64,000 bases of DNA from an uncultured Actinomycetes bacterium (GTDB lineage Bacteria; Actinomycetota; UBA4738; HRBIN12): contig CAWAAO010000014.1 in NCBI GenBank assembly GCA_963780015.1, forward strand, positions 269,336 through 333,335, written 5' to 3'. Every line of letters starts with the position of its first letter. Position 1 is the stretch's first letter. This document shows positions 42,591-53,386 of this stretch, in pieces. The notes beneath the pieces were generated by a model. The model ran no database searches. It saw nothing but the letters and a program-made list of their open reading frames with translations, and was not told where the DNA came from. The position numbers were made by a program, and so were the translations under genes.

Positions 42591-42857
42591 CCGTCGCCAC
42601 GTCCTGGTGAGCGGCCGGGTGCAGGGGGTGTTCTTCCGGGCGAGCTGTGCGCGCGAGGCAACACGCCTCGACGTCCGCGGCTGGGTGCGCAACACGGCCG
42701 ATGGACGCGTCGAGGCAGTCTTCGAGGGTCCCGCGGCGACGGTCGCCTCGATGGTGGCCTGGTGCCGCCACGGACCGCCCGGCGCGGTGGTGAGTGAGTC
42801 TCGAGGTGCGTGCAGGAGCCTCCCGAGGGCCTCGACGGGTTCCGGATCTTGGGCTAG
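42541..42857 (+). CDS. acyP: acylphosphatase, frame disruption near 42795, start uncertain
   Basis: VLVSGRVQGVFFRASCAREATRLDVRGWVRNTADGRVEAVFEG. The tail ...EPPEGLDGFRILG* is in another frame. No canonical start codon lies near the domain start (about 42592). Confidence 0.6.
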
Positions 42858-42938
42858 AAAGGTCCGTGACCAGCGACGATGGGGAAGCCGAGCCGCGCTT
42901 CCCGCTCGGAGAATCACATGCCTGTTAGCATCCGCGCG

Positions 42939-45900
42939 ATGTTCCTCCGCTCGATCACGATCCGCGGTTTCAAGTCCTTCGCGGACAAAACGGTCCTCGA
43001 GTTCGTGCCCGGGGTCTCGGTGATCGTCGGCCCCAACGGGTCGGGCAAATCCAACCTCGTCGACGCGATCAGCTGGGCGCTCGGCGAGCAGGGCCCGCGG
43101 GCGCTTCGCGGGGGACAGATGGCCGACGTGATCTTCGCCGGCACCCCCTCGCGCCCGGCGCTCGGCATGGCCGAGGTCAAGCTTGTCATCGACAACACCG
43201 CGGCCAGGATCCCGGTGCCGATGACCGAGATCGAGATCAGCCGCACGATCTTCCGCTCGGGCGAGTCCGAGTACCGCATCGGCGGTCAGGTCGTCCGTCT
43301 GATGGACGTGCAGGAGCTGTTGTCCGAGACCGGGATCGGCCGCGCGCTGCACACCGTCGTGGGCCAGGGGCAGCTCGAGGAGGTGCTGCTGGCGCGGCCC
43401 GAGGATCGCCGCAAGTACATCGAGGAAGCCGCGGGCATCGCCAAACATCGGCGGCGCAAGGAACGGGCGGAGCGCAAGCTCGCGAACCTCGATCAGGACC
43501 TGCTTCGACTGGCCGATGTCCTCACCGAGTTGCGTCGCCAGTTGCGGCCGTTGCAGCAGCAGGCCGAGTCCGCCAAGAAGCACGAGCAGCTCACGGAGCA
43601 GGCCGATGCGCTCGCTCGGACGCTCGCCGCGGCGCGTCTGCGCGCGCTCCAGCGTGAGCAGGATCGCCGAAAGGGCGGCTGGGACCAAGGGCTCGAGGAG
43701 CGGCGGACCGCCCGCGCGCGCCTCGACGCCCTGGACGCCGACGTGCTCGCGGCGGCGGACGCACGTGCCGAGGCCACCCGCGCGCAGGCGGAGGCAGAGG
43801 GATCGTTCCGGGCCGCCTCGTTCGATCGGGAACGGGCGGAGCAGGCGTTCCGCGCCGCGGTCGATCGCGAGACGGGGGCGCGCCAGGAGCTCGCGTCCCA
43901 GGCCTCGCGCGCCGCGCGCATGGACACGGTCGCGACCGAGATCGCCCGCATCGAGGGCAGGCTGAGCGAGGTCGTCGCCGAGCTCGAGGCGAAGGAGGCG
44001 GAGCTCGACCTCGCCGAGGCCGCCTATCGCGAAGCCGAGGACCACCGGCGACAGGTGGAGGAGATCCGCCGTCGGGTCGGCGAGGAGGCAGCCGGTCGTC
44101 GCGCCGAGGCCGAGGCCACGGAGCGTGCGCTGGCCAGCGCCGAGCGGGAGCACGAGCGCGTCGCGGACCAGCTCGCGGCCGTCCGCGAGCGGATCGCTGC
44201 GGCGGAGGCCGCGCACGGTGAGACCAAGGCCGACATCGAGCAGATGGACGGCCAGACCGCCCCGCTGGCGGAGCGGCGCGATCAGCTCGACGACGAGCGG
44301 CGCAAGCTCGTGGATCGGATCGAAGAGCTGACCGAGGCGCGCCGGCGGATGCAGGCGCGCAAGGACCTGCTCGAGGCTCGGCGCCGCGACATCGAAGAGA
44401 CGCCCGGCTCGCGGTTCCTCGCCGGCCACACGGGCGATGCGATCGGACTGCTGAAGGACCTCGTCCGCGTGGAGCCCGGGCTCGAGCGTGCGCTGGTCGC
44501 GGCGCTGGGGGCCCTCGCCGACGCCGTGGTGTATGACGACGGCGACCGCGCTCTGGAGGACGCGCCGCGCGGGGATGGCGCGATCCTGGCGATCGCGGCC
44601 GGCGGACCGGTGCCTTTGGGGCTGCCGGGTGAGCAGAAGCTGCTTTCCAAGGTCGAGGCCGAACCGGTGGCGCGCGGCATCGTCTCCACCGTGCTCCGCG
44701 ACGTGTACCTGGTCCCCGATATCGAGGAGGCCGCGCGCAAGCAGACCGAGCACCCGCAGGCCTCGTTCGTGACGCCCGACGGCGTGCTCGTCGGCCCCGC
44801 GGTGATCCACACCGCGAAGGAGGCCGACGTGCGCCTGCGCGAGATCCGCGCGGAACTGCAGGTGCTGGCGCACGATCTCTCCGCCACCGAGCACCAGCTT
44901 CGGCCGCGCACCGAGCGTCTCGACGAGATCGCCGGCGAGGTCGCGTTCCTGCAGGAGCAGATCGAGGCGGCCGATGCCGACATCACCGAGGCCGCGGAGC
45001 GACTCACGATCGCCGAGCGCGAGCTGGCGGCCATGCACAAGGAAGAGGAGCTGCTCGCGCAACGACTCGGCGTGCTCGTCGAAACCGCGGCTGCCGCGCG
45101 GGCGCAGATCGCCGAGATGGGGCCCGGCGCGACCGAGGAGGCGCCGGAGCTGCCTCCGCTGCCCCAAGTCCCGATCCACGCACGCGTGACGGTCGAGACC
45201 CTGCGTCGTGACCGCGCCAACCAGGATCATCGGCTGGCCGAGCTCCGCGAGGAGCGCGACCAGCTGGCCGCACACGATCCGATCCGGCTGCGCGAGGAGC
45301 TCGCGGCCGCGGAGACGGCCCGCGTCGAGGCGGCATCTGCCGTCGCCGCCGCCGACGCCGCGTTCACCGCGGCCGCCGAGGCCCGGGAGACGGCGGGCAC
45401 GGCCGAGCGAACCGCCGCGGAGACCGAGGCGGCCGTCAACAAGAGCTGGCGCGATGCATCGACCGCCCTGGAGGAGCTGCGGGCGCGGTATGAGGATGAG
45501 GATCGCCTGCGCGGCGACATCGAGCGGCGGATCGGCGAGGCCGAGCGCCTGCTGCGTGAGGGCTTCCAGGCCGACCCCGCCGACGCGGTGGGGGCGCTCG
45601 ACGACGACGACACCGTCGAGACGATCGAGAAGAAGCAGGAGCTCGTCCAGCGGCGCCTCGCGCTGCTCGGACGTGTGAACCTGCTCGCGACCGGCGAGCT
45701 CGAGTCGATGCAGGAGCGGCACGACTTCATGCAACGCGAGCTGGACGACGTGCGGAAGGCCCGCCGGGACCTGCTCGAGGTGATCGCGCAGATCGACCAC
45801 CAGATCACCGAATCGTTCACCTCGGCCTACCAAGACGTGGCGATCCAGTTCGAGCGGCTGATCGCCGAGCTGTTCCCGGGCGGGGAGGGTCGCCTCGTCC

Positions 45901-46403
45901 TCACCGACCCGGCCAATCCCCTTGCCTCCGGCATCGAGATCGAGGCGAGCCCGGGCCGCAAGCGCGTCAAGCGGATCTCGCTGCTCTCCGGTGGCGAACG
46001 TTCGCTCACCGCGCTGGCGTTCCTGTTCGCGATCTTCACCGCCCGACCCTCGCCCTTCTACCTGATGGACGAGGTCGAGCCGGCGCTCGACGACGTGAAC
46101 CTTCACCGGTTCCTGCGCCTGGTCGACGGTTTCGCGTCGGCGTCGCAGGTCCTGATCGTCACGCACCAGAAGCGCACGATGGAGATCGCCGGCATGATGT
46201 ACGGCATCTCGCTGAACAACGACGGCACGACGAAGGTCGTGGCGCAGCGACTGGAGAACGACGAGGTGGCCGAGGCCGCCGCCCGGATCGCGGCCGAGCG
46301 GGCGGACGCCGGTGCGGCGACCGCCCCGCCATCTTCGGCCGATGAAGAGCCGGTGCACACGGTGGCGCCGAGCGAGGAGCTGGCGAGTCCTCCGGTAGGC
46401 TGA
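42939..46403 (+). CDS. smc: chromosome partition protein Smc
   Basis: Intact. Walker [10 protein letters not shown], long coiled coils, a hinge, signature LLSGGERSL and Walker [12 protein letters not shown] 42939 is preferred to the track start. Confidence 0.9.
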   Translation: MFLRSITIRGFKSFADKTVLEFVPGVSVIVGPNGSGKSNLVDAISWALGEQGPRALRGGQMADVIFAGTPSRPALGMAEVKLVIDNTAARIPVPMTEIEISRTIFRSGESEYRIGGQVVRLMDVQELLSETGIGRALHTVVGQGQLEEVLLARPEDRRKYIEEAAGIAKHRRRKERAERKLANLDQDLLRLADVLTELRRQLRPLQQQAESAKKHEQLTEQADALARTLAAARLRALQREQDRRKGGWDQGLEERRTARARLDALDADVLAAADARAEATRAQAEAEGSFRAASFDRERAEQAFRAAVDRETGARQELASQASRAARMDTVATEIARIEGRLSEVVAELEAKEAELDLAEAAYREAEDHRRQVEEIRRRVGEEAAGRRAEAEATERALASAEREHERVADQLAAVRERIAAAEAAHGETKADIEQMDGQTAPLAERRDQLDDERRKLVDRIEELTEARRRMQARKDLLEARRRDIEETPGSRFLAGHTGDAIGLLKDLVRVEPGLERALVAALGALADAVVYDDGDRALEDAPRGDGAILAIAAGGPVPLGLPGEQKLLSKVEAEPVARGIVSTVLRDVYLVPDIEEAARKQTEHPQASFVTPDGVLVGPAVIHTAKEADVRLREIRAELQVLAHDLSATEHQLRPRTERLDEIAGEVAFLQEQIEAADADITEAAERLTIAERELAAMHKEEELLAQRLGVLVETAAAARAQIAEMGPGATEEAPELPPLPQVPIHARVTVETLRRDRANQDHRLAELREERDQLAAHDPIRLREELAAAETARVEAASAVAAADAAFTAAAEARETAGTAERTAAETEAAVNKSWRDASTALEELRARYEDEDRLRGDIERRIGEAERLLREGFQADPADAVGALDDDDTVETIEKKQELVQRRLALLGRVNLLATGELESMQERHDFMQRELDDVRKARRDLLEVIAQIDHQITESFTSAYQDVAIQFERLIAELFPGGEGRLVLTDPANPLASGIEIEASPGRKRVKRISLLSGGERSLTALAFLFAIFTARPSPFYLMDEVEPALDDVNLHRFLRLVDGFASASQVLIVTHQKRTMEIAGMMYGISLNNDGTTKVVAQRLENDEVAEAAARIAAERADAGAATAPPSSADEEPVHTVAPSEELASPPVG
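46396..46401 (+). promoter_or_regulatory. -10-like hexamer placed for a leaderless transcript
   Basis: GGTAGGCT, 9 nt before GTG 46411. It overlaps the smc stop. Confidence 0.35.
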
Positions 46404-46410
46404 CGGTCCC

Positions 46411-47398
46411 GTGACCACCGTGTACGTCGTTCTGTTCGCGCTTCTTGCCCTGCTGTGCGTCGTCGCGTTCTTGGTCGTGCGCTCGCGTCGAACCGAGTAC
46501 ACCGCGAGCACGTCCGATGCGAGACCCGCCGCCACGGGCTCGGCGGGCGCGTTCCGTGCGGGCGGTCTCGGCGCCAGGGTTCGCTCCCTGTTCGCCGCAA
46601 GCGACGCCGACGCCTGGCGCGATCTCGAGGACCTGCTGGTCAAGGCCGATGTGGGGCCGAAGGGCGCCGCCGACCTCGTGGCGCGGGTGCGGGCGCGGTA
46701 TGCGGAGGGCGAGGATCCGGTCGGGCTGTTGCGGGAGGAGATCCTGGCGATCCTCGGCCCCGATCGCATGCTCGACCTCGGTGCCGACGGGCTCGATGTG
46801 ATCTTGGTGGTCGGGGTCAACGGCGCGGGCAAGACCACCACGATCGGGAAGCTCGCGGCGATGCTCGCCGCCGAGGGCAAGCAGGTGAGCCTTGCCGCGA
46901 GCGACACGTTCCGCGCGGCAGCGGGCGAGCAACTCGAAGTGTGGGCGGACCGCGCCGGGCGCGCACCTCGTCTCGCAGGATCGCGGGGCCGACCCGGGCG
47001 CGGTGGCCTTCGACGCGGTCACCTCGGCGACGGCGCGAGGAGCCGACGTCCTCATCGTCGACACCGCGGGACGGCTGCACACGAAGCAGCCCTTGATGGA
47101 CGAGCTCCAGAAGGTCAAGCGCGTGATCGAGAAGGCGGGCGCGACGGTCGACGAGACGTTCCTCGTCCTGGACGCGCAGACCGGTCAGAACGGGATCGCG
47201 CAGGCCCGCGCGTTCACGGAGTCCGTCGACGTCACCGGCGTCGTCCTGACCAAGACCGACGGGTCGGCCAAAGGCGGGATCGTGCTTGCGGTTCGCGAAG
47301 AGCTCGATCTGCCGATCCGCTACGTCGGGGTCGGCGAGACGGCGGCGGACCTGCGTCCGTTCGACGCGGCGGCCTTCGCCGACCGGCTGCTTGCCTGA
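46411..47398 (+). CDS. ftsY: signal recognition particle receptor FtsY, +1 disruption near 46955
   Basis: N-terminal [19 protein letters not shown] and [10 protein letters not shown] motifs. The C-terminal half is in track ORF 46892..47398. Confidence 0.85.
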
Positions 47399-47400
47399 GG

Positions 47401-47793
47401 ATGGGATCGATGGCGACCCGCATCCTGATCGTCGAGGACCATCCCACGATGCGCGAGGCGATGCGGCTCGTGCTCGAGGGCGAGGGGTTCGAGATCGACG
47501 AGGCCGCCGACGGTCACCTGGCGATGGAACGGATCCGGCTCGCACCGCCGGACCTGCTGTTCCTCGATCTCAATATCCCCGGGACCAGCGGCGCGGAGGT
47601 CTTGCACGCGGTGAAGACCGACCCGGCGACCGCGTCGATGCGTGTGATCGTCGTGACCGCCACCGGTGAGGAGGGGCGCGCGGCCGCGTTGCGGCTGGGC
47701 GCCGACGAGTACTTCACCAAGCCGTTCAGTCCGACCGCGTTGCTGCGGACGGTCGAGCGGGTGTTGGCATCGGGCGGGTCACCGGAAGCGTGA
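47401..47793 (+). CDS. stand-alone receiver-domain response regulator (CheY-like)
   Basis: [18 protein letters not shown] (phospho-Asp) and TKPF motifs. In the ORF track it is fused artefactually to the FtsY N-terminal frame. Confidence 0.8.
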   Translation: MGSMATRILIVEDHPTMREAMRLVLEGEGFEIDEAADGHLAMERIRLAPPDLLFLDLNIPGTSGAEVLHAVKTDPATASMRVIVVTATGEEGRAAALRLGADEYFTKPFSPTALLRTVERVLASGGSPEA

Positions 47794-49529
47794 CCGCGAA
47801 CGTCGTCCCCTCGGGCGACGAGGTCAGGGTGAGCCAGCCGCCCATCGCCTCGGTCAACAGCTTGGTGATGTAGAGCCCGAGTCCGAAACCCTCCGCGTGC
47901 GAACGATGGTCGCCGCGCTGGCGGAACCGCTCGAAGATCAGCGCCTGTTCGTCGGGCGGGATGCCGGCGCCGCGATCGATCACCTCGAACACGATCGTGC
48001 CGTCGGCGGGTGCCGACCACCGGATGCGGACGGGGACATCGTCCGGGGAGAACTTCACGGCGTTGTGCGCCAGGTTCGTGAGGATCTGGATCAGCCGGTT
48101 CGGGTCGATGGTCAACGTCGACGGCGCACCGGCCATCTCTTCGAGCTCGATACGACCACCGGACTCGCCGAGGCCGGCCACGACCTGGGCGAGCAGCGGG
48201 CGGATCTGGACGTCCTCGGGTTCGAGCACCAGCGCGCCGCCCTCGACCCTGGAGACGACGAGCAGGTCGTCGACCAGATGGATCAATCGCTCGGTCTGGG
48301 TCTGCACGATCCCGAGGTACTCGAGCTGCTCGGCCGCGGAGAGGTCGGCGCCTCGTCGCAGGAGCATGTCGACGAACCCCCGGATCCCGGCCAGCGGCGT
48401 CCGGAGCTCGTGGCTCGTGATCGCGACGAAGTCCGTCTTCATCGCATCGAGCTCCGTGAGTCGATCGACGGTGGCGGCCTGCTCGGCGCGGAGCCGGGTG
48501 GCCTCCAGGGCGACACCGAGTTGATCCGCGATCGTCTGCAGCGCGTCCACCCGCGCGGCATCGGGCGCCGCGTCGGTGCGCTCGTGGACCGCGCCGACGA
48601 CGAGCGCCACGCACGCGCATCGGCGCGACGACGTCGCCCTCGGCCACCACGGTGACACCGTCGACCGCGGCCGCCGCCACCGGGCTGGTCACGGGCGACA
48701 GCTCTTGGCCGAGCAGGTAGCCCGGATCGCCGTGGACGCCGGCGACCGTGAACACGTCCTCGCCGGCGATGCCCGTCGAACGGGTGAGCAACCCGAGCGC
48801 CGTGCAGCCGAGCTCCGCGGCGACGCGCCCCGCCGTGGCGCGAAGCGTCTCGGCCAGGTGCTCCGGCTGCGCGTCGGCGAACACCGCGGCATGGAAGGCC
48901 GCCACCTCGCGATGCGCCTCGGCGGCCTGCGACGCCGCCACCTCCGCACGCTGGGCGGCCGCCGAGGCCGCGATCGCCTGATCGGCGGCCTCGGCGGCGG
49001 TGCGCTGGAGCGAGGACACGAAGGAGCCGGTCACCGCGCCGATCACGAACGCCATCCCGGCGCGGAACGACACCTGGGACGCCCCGGCGGCGACCTGGGC
49101 GCGTGCCGCCTCCTGGACGATCTGCTCTCCGAGGAACAGGCCGGCACCGATCAAGCCGCCGGGGAGCCCCCAACGCGCGGCTCCCTCCAGGGGGACGAGG
49201 TAGCCCAGGACCCACACCGGGTCGCCGGGACCGCTCGGGACGAGCCAGACGAGACCCAGGATGACGACCGCGTCCAGGGCGAACGCGACCACGCCGATCG
49301 ATCGGAACTGACCGGGCTCGGTGGCTTTCTGCACGGAGCTCGAGATCGCCAGGTTCCCGATCGCCAGCCCGATCACGAGCGCCACCGCCAGCGGCAGGGC
49401 GAACGCCGGGTCGTTGCCCCGGTCCCGGACGGCGAACCCGACCTGGACGGCCCCGAAGGCCGCCACCAGCCAGCGCAACCACACGAGCTGCCGCTCGAGT
49501 CGTGCCGCCTCGATCTGCGTGCCGTCCAT
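47726..49529 (-). CDS. membrane sensor histidine kinase (multi-TM, GAF-like, HisKA, HATPase_c), +1 disruption near 48615
   Basis: About five N-terminal TM helices. H-box [11 protein letters not shown]-box [12 protein letters not shown]1 DRGAGI and G2 GFGLGL. Its 3' end overlaps the response regulator's 3' end by about 68 nt. Confidence 0.8.
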
Positions 49530-49601
49530 CGATCGTTCCCCCGGTCTCGGGTCGATACACTAGGACGCGTTGCGGCGGTGGTGCCGTAGCGCCCTCACCT
49601 T

Positions 49602-50948
49602 ATGTTCGACACTCTGAGCGATCGCCTCGACGGCGTTTTCAAGAAGCTTCGCAGCCGCGGAAAGCTCCACCCCAAGCAGGTGGACAACGCACTGGCGGAG
49701 ATCCGCACGGCGCTGCTCGAGGCCGACGTCTCCGTCGAGGTGGCCGACGATCTGCTCGCACGCGTGCGCGCCCGGGCGTTGTCCGAGGAGGTTCTCAAGA
49801 GCCTCACCCCCGCCCAGCAGGTCGTGAAGGTGATGGACGAGGAGCTGACGGTCACGTTGGGGGGCGAGCATCACCCGTTCACCCTGTCGGGAGCCAGCCC
49901 CGCGGTGATCATGCTCGCCGGGGTGCAGGGGTCCGGCAAGACGACGGCGTGCGCCAAGCTCGCCAAGCATCTGAAAGGCAAGGGCAGGCGCCCGCTGTTG
50001 ATCGCCGCCGACCTCGAGCGGCCCGCCGCCGTGGAACAGCTCCGGACGCTGGGGCGTGAGATCGGCGTCCCGGTGTGGTCCGAGGGGCGCGACCCGGTCC
50101 GGCTCGCCAAGAACGGCGTCAAGGAGGCCCAGCGCACGGGCGCCGACGTCGTGATCATCGACACCGCGGGGCGCCTGCACGTCGACCCCGAGATGATGAA
50201 GCAAGCCCGCAAGATCAAGGACGTGACGAAGCCACAGCACGTGGTGATGGCGTGCGACGCGATGACGGGCCAAGACGCCGTCATCCAGGCGCGGGCGTTC
50301 ATGCGTGAGGTCGACACGACCGGGTTCATCTTGACGAAACTCGACGGCGACGCCCGTGGCGGTGCGGCGCTGTCGATGACCGCGGTGACCGGGAAGCCGG
50401 TCTTCTTCGTGGGGACGGGCGAGAAGGTCGATGACCTCGAGCCGTTCTACCCCGATCGGATGGCCGGACGGATCCTCGGGATGGGCGACGTGCTGACGTT
50501 GATCGAGAAGGCCCAGGACACGGTCGACCAGGAGGCTGCCGCCAAGGCCGCCGAGCAGATGCTCTCCGGTCAGTTCAACCTGGAGGACTTCCTCGGGCAG
50601 CTGCGCGAGATGCGGAAACTCGGTCCGATCCAGGACCTGCTCAAGATGCTCCCGGGGGTGCCCGGCGGCAAGGCGGGCATGAAGGAACTCGCCGGCGCGA
50701 TCGACGAGGGGGAGATGTCCCGGGCCGAGGCCATCATCCTGTCCATGACCCCCCAGGAGCGGCGGGAACCCGGTATCATCTCCGGGTCGCGACGCCTCCG
50801 GATCGCCAACGGGTCCGGGACCACCACCGCCGACGTCAATACGCTGCTCAAGGACTTCGAGAGCGCGAGGAAGATGATGCGGACGATGATGGGCGGCGGC
50901 AAGCGCGTACCGGGGATGAAGCTGCCCCAGAACCTCCCGACGAGATAG
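49602..50948 (+). CDS. ffh: signal recognition particle protein Ffh
   Basis: Intact 448 aa. [16 protein letters not shown] and [10 protein letters not shown] motifs plus a Met-rich M domain. Confidence 0.9.
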   Translation: MFDTLSDRLDGVFKKLRSRGKLHPKQVDNALAEIRTALLEADVSVEVADDLLARVRARALSEEVLKSLTPAQQVVKVMDEELTVTLGGEHHPFTLSGASPAVIMLAGVQGSGKTTACAKLAKHLKGKGRRPLLIAADLERPAAVEQLRTLGREIGVPVWSEGRDPVRLAKNGVKEAQRTGADVVIIDTAGRLHVDPEMMKQARKIKDVTKPQHVVMACDAMTGQDAVIQARAFMREVDTTGFILTKLDGDARGGAALSMTAVTGKPVFFVGTGEKVDDLEPFYPDRMAGRILGMGDVLTLIEKAQDTVDQEAAAKAAEQMLSGQFNLEDFLGQLREMRKLGPIQDLLKMLPGVPGGKAGMKELAGAIDEGEMSRAEAIILSMTPQERREPGIISGSRRLRIANGSGTTTADVNTLLKDFESARKMMRTMMGGGKRVPGMKLPQNLPTR

Positions 50949-50962
50949 AAGGACGAACAGGC

Positions 50963-51461
50963 ATGGCGACGAGGATCCGGCTGCGGCGGATGGGGTCGAA
51001 GGGACGCCCCTTCTACCGTGTCGTGGTGGCCGACCAGCGGTCTCCCCGCGACGGCCGCTTCATCGAGAACATCGGGAAGTACCACCCGTTGAGCGACCCC
51101 TCGCTGATCGAGATCGACGAGGACCGCGCGCTGTACTGGCTCCGGGTGGGCGCCCAGCCTTCCAACCAGGTCCGCAACCTGATGAGCAAGCTCGGCATCT
51201 GGGAGACCTTCGTCAAGGAGCGCCCGAGCGCCCTGGTCGGCGTGAAGACCAAGACCGAGCGCCCCGCCAAGGAGAAGCTCTCGAAGAAGGCCCAGGCGAA
51301 GGCGGCCGAGTCCGCGAAGGCCCGCCGCCGCGCCGCCGCCCGCCGTCGAGGAACCCGCCGCGGTCGCGGAGCCCGCGCCGGCCGTCGAGGAGACGGTCGA
51401 AGAGCCGACCGCGGCCGTCGAGAGCGCGGAGACCACCGTCGAGGAGACGGCCGAGGCCTGA
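50963..51461 (+). CDS. rpsP: 30S ribosomal protein S16 with Ala/Glu/Pro-rich acidic C-terminal tail, +1 disruption near 51325
   Basis: [21 protein letters not shown]. From about 51325 the high-GC3 frame reads [45 protein letters not shown] and stops 1 nt before the next gene. The uninterrupted frame gives a low-GC3 Arg/Gly tail. Confidence 0.8.
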
Positions 51462-51462
51462 G

Positions 51463-51693
51463 GTGAAGGAGCTCGTCGAGTTCCTGTGCCGTGAGCTGGT
51501 CGATGACGCCGATGCCGTGCGCGTGTCCGAGTCCTTCGACGACCGGGGTCCGACGTACAGCGTCACCGTGGGCCCCGGCGAGCTCGGCAAGGTGATCGGT
51601 CGCGGCGGCCGCACCGCCAAGGCGATCCGTGCGGTCGTTCGAGCCGCGGCCTCTCGCCAGAACCTGGCCGCCCGCGTCGACTTCGAGGACTGA
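51463..51693 (+). CDS. KH-domain RNA-binding protein (YlqC-like)
   Basis: Intact 76 aa. [15 protein letters not shown] GxxG loop. Confidence 0.8.
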   Translation: MKELVEFLCRELVDDADAVRVSESFDDRGPTYSVTVGPGELGKVIGRGGRTAKAIRAVVRAAASRQNLAARVDFED

Positions 51694-51694
51694 C

Positions 51695-52213
51695 GTGGAC
51701 GAGCCGACGGTGACCGTCGGCAGGATCGCCAAGCCCCACGGTGTCCGCGGGGAGCTGTCCGTGCAGAACCGCTCGGACAACCCCGAACGCTGGGTGCCGG
51801 GCTCCAGAGTGTTCGACGAGACCGGACGGGTGTACACGGTGCGCTCCGCGCGCCCGCACGGCGAACGATTGCTCGTCACGTTCGAGGAGATCGGCGATCG
51901 CACCGCCGCCGAGGCGGTCGCGGGGACCGAGCTCCTCATCCCGGAATCCTGGTTGCCGGAGCTGCCCGAGGGGCAATGGTGGTCCCACCACGTGGAGGGC
52001 TTCCAGGTGACGACGGAGTCCGGGCGCGCGCTCGGGACGATCGAAGAGGTGCTCCCGTATCCGGCACAGGACCTCTGGCGCGTCGTCGCCGACGACGGGA
52101 CCGAGACCCTGATCCCCGCCGCAGAGGAGCTCGTCGTGTCGGTGGACATCGGCGCCGGTCACGCCGTCGTGCGGGACCTTCCCGGGCTGACGGCCCCCGA
52201 GGAGACGGGCTAG
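51695..52213 (+). CDS. rimM: 16S rRNA processing protein RimM
   Basis: GTG 51695. VGRIAKPHGVRGEL motif and a PRC-barrel C-terminal part. Confidence 0.85.
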   Translation: MDEPTVTVGRIAKPHGVRGELSVQNRSDNPERWVPGSRVFDETGRVYTVRSARPHGERLLVTFEEIGDRTAAEAVAGTELLIPESWLPELPEGQWWSHHVEGFQVTTESGRALGTIEEVLPYPAQDLWRVVADDGTETLIPAAEELVVSVDIGAGHAVVRDLPGLTAPEETG

Positions 52214-52917
52214 AGCCCGGCGATCTTCGCCAGCTGCGCCGGCTTCTTCAGGATGTAGCGCTGGCCGTCACGCTGCACGAGGCCGCGGCGCTGGAAGTCG
52301 GCGACGATCCTCGTCACGTTCTCGCGGCTGCCGCCGCACAGGCTCGCGAGGTCGGCGTGCGTGAGCGCGGGAACCGCCGTCCCGGCGTCGGGAAGATCCT
52401 CGAGCGAGGAGGTGCCCATCTGGAGCAGCCGTTTGGCCACGCGGCCCTTCAGATCGAGGTACAGCAGATCGTCGGCGAAGGCCTGGTGCTCCTGGATCTG
52501 CCGCGCGAGGGCCGCCAGGAGTTGGCGGGCGGCCTCCGGCTGGCTCGTGATGAACTCGACGAAGTCCTCGCCGGGGGTGGTCCAGACGTCGGTGTCTTCC
52601 AGCGTCAGCAGGTCGGCGCCGCGGGGGAGGTTCCCGAGCACGCCGAGCTCGCCGAGGAACTGCGGCGTGTCGACCGACGCGTGCAGGATCCGCGCGCCGG
52701 TCGGGGAGAAGGAGCTGATCTCGATCCGCCCGTCCACCAGGAAGTAGACCTCGGGCGACGGGTCGCCCTGGTGGCAGATGTAGGTGCCGCGGCGGAAGCG
52801 TCTGACCGAGCCCAGGGCCGCGAGCCCTTCGACCGCCTTCTTGGGGACCCCTTGCAGCACCGGGCTGGACGCCATGGCGACGATCAGCCCGGCGGCGGCG
52901 GCGACGGTGGGAGACAT
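52210..52917 (-). CDS. Crp/Fnr family cyclic-nucleotide-binding transcriptional regulator
   Basis: Intact 235 aa. The cNMP-binding cassette is FLGELGVLGNLPRGAD. The HTH recognition helix SRENVTRIVADF keeps the R-E-x-x-x-R triad. Confidence 0.85.
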   Translation of the reverse strand: MSPTVAAAAGLIVAMASSPVLQGVPKKAVEGLAALGSVRRFRRGTYICHQGDPSPEVYFLVDGRIEISSFSPTGARILHASVDTPQFLGELGVLGNLPRGADLLTLEDTDVWTTPGEDFVEFITSQPEAARQLLAALARQIQEHQAFADDLLYLDLKGRVAKRLLQMGTSSLEDLPDAGTAVPALTHADLASLCGGSRENVTRIVADFQRRGLVQRDGQRYILKKPAQLAKIAGL

Positions 52918-52924
52918 CGGGCCG

Positions 52925-52930
52925 AGCCTA
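52925..52930 (-). promoter_or_regulatory. -10-like hexamer placed for a leaderless transcript of the Crp-family gene
   Basis: Minus-strand TAGGCT, 7 nt before ATG 52917. Confidence 0.35.
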
Positions 52931-52964
52931 GCGGGAGGAACAGGTCGCTGCTACCTGGAACGCG

Positions 52965-52991
52965 AGAGCCCGGGCCGAAGGCCCGGGCTCT
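52965..52991 (-). terminator. hairpin after small basic ORF A
   Basis: AGAGCCCGGGC-cgaag-GCCCGGGCTCT, an 11-bp stem. It shares its core with the hairpin at 53333-53362. Confidence 0.4.
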
Positions 52992-53015
52992 GGCTGCGAG
53001 GTCGATGCGTGTGGT

Positions 53016-53168
53016 TCAGGACTTCTTGGCGTTGATCCGCCGCGTGCTGGACTTCCTCGCCGCCTTCTTGTGCAGGATGCGACGGGAGCTGGTCTTCTCG
53101 GTCTTGCGGGCGCCCGCGGCCTTCTCGTCCTTCTCGGGCTGCTTCGGCTCGATCTTCTTGTCGGCCAT
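53016..53168 (-). CDS. small basic protein A (50 aa), not in ORF track
   Basis: ATG is preceded by GAGAGGAAGGGA. Translation: MADKKIEPKQPEKDEKAAGARKTEKTSSRRILHKKAARKSSTRRINAKKS. High GC3. Followed by a hairpin. It has a paralog at 53387-53536. Confidence 0.55.
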   Translation of the reverse strand: MADKKIEPKQPEKDEKAAGARKTEKTSSRRILHKKAARKSSTRRINAKKS

Positions 53169-53245
53169 CTGCTGGTCCCTTCCTCTCGGGGCCCCTGCGG
53201 GCCGTCTCCGATGCCTGCATCATCCCGCCGATGCGGCGGGAGCTC

Positions 53246-53307
53246 GGTATCGGAGGTCACATCGAGGGCGTGCTGTCTGTCACCGCCTCGGTGTGACGGG
53301 CGTCACG
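53246..53307 (-). promoter_or_regulatory. array of three CRP-like boxes upstream of small ORF A
   Basis: Plus-strand reading: GGTAT-CGGAGG-TCACA (53246-61), CGTGC-TGTCTG-TCACC (53269-84) and TGTGA-CGGGCG-TCACG (53292-307). Centres are 23 bp apart. The proximal box ends 21 nt before a GATGAT -10-like hexamer (53219-53224, minus strand). Confidence 0.5.
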
Positions 53308-53332
53308 CCGCCGTCGACCGGTCGAGAAACGA

Positions 53333-53362
53333 CGAAACCCGGGCCGAAGGGCCCGGGTTTCG
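53333..53362 (-). terminator. hairpin after small basic ORF B, followed by a T-rich stretch
   Basis: CGAAACCCGGGCC-gaag-GGCCCGGGTTTCG, a 13-bp stem. In the transcribed orientation it is followed by TCGTTTCTC. Confidence 0.45.
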
Positions 53363-53386
53363 TGCGGAGCGTGAGATCGGGTGGCG

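Noticed and set aside
42237-46907. 1556-aa ORF on the minus strand opposite smc/ftsY. Similar giant antisense ORFs occur at 5188-8232, 21384-24251, 39701-42379, 53897-56392 and 61497-63557.
   Set aside because: Their translations are Arg/Pro/Gly/Ala-rich low-complexity sequence with no motifs, and they lie exactly opposite genes with clear conserved motifs. This is the expected stop-codon-poor antisense frame in very GC-rich DNA.
52918-53015. Looked for a CRP-like box in front of the Crp-family gene itself (autoregulation).
   Set aside because: No TGTGA-N6-TCACA-like sequence is present between the terminator hairpin and its start. Only a leaderless-type TAGGCT hexamer is there.
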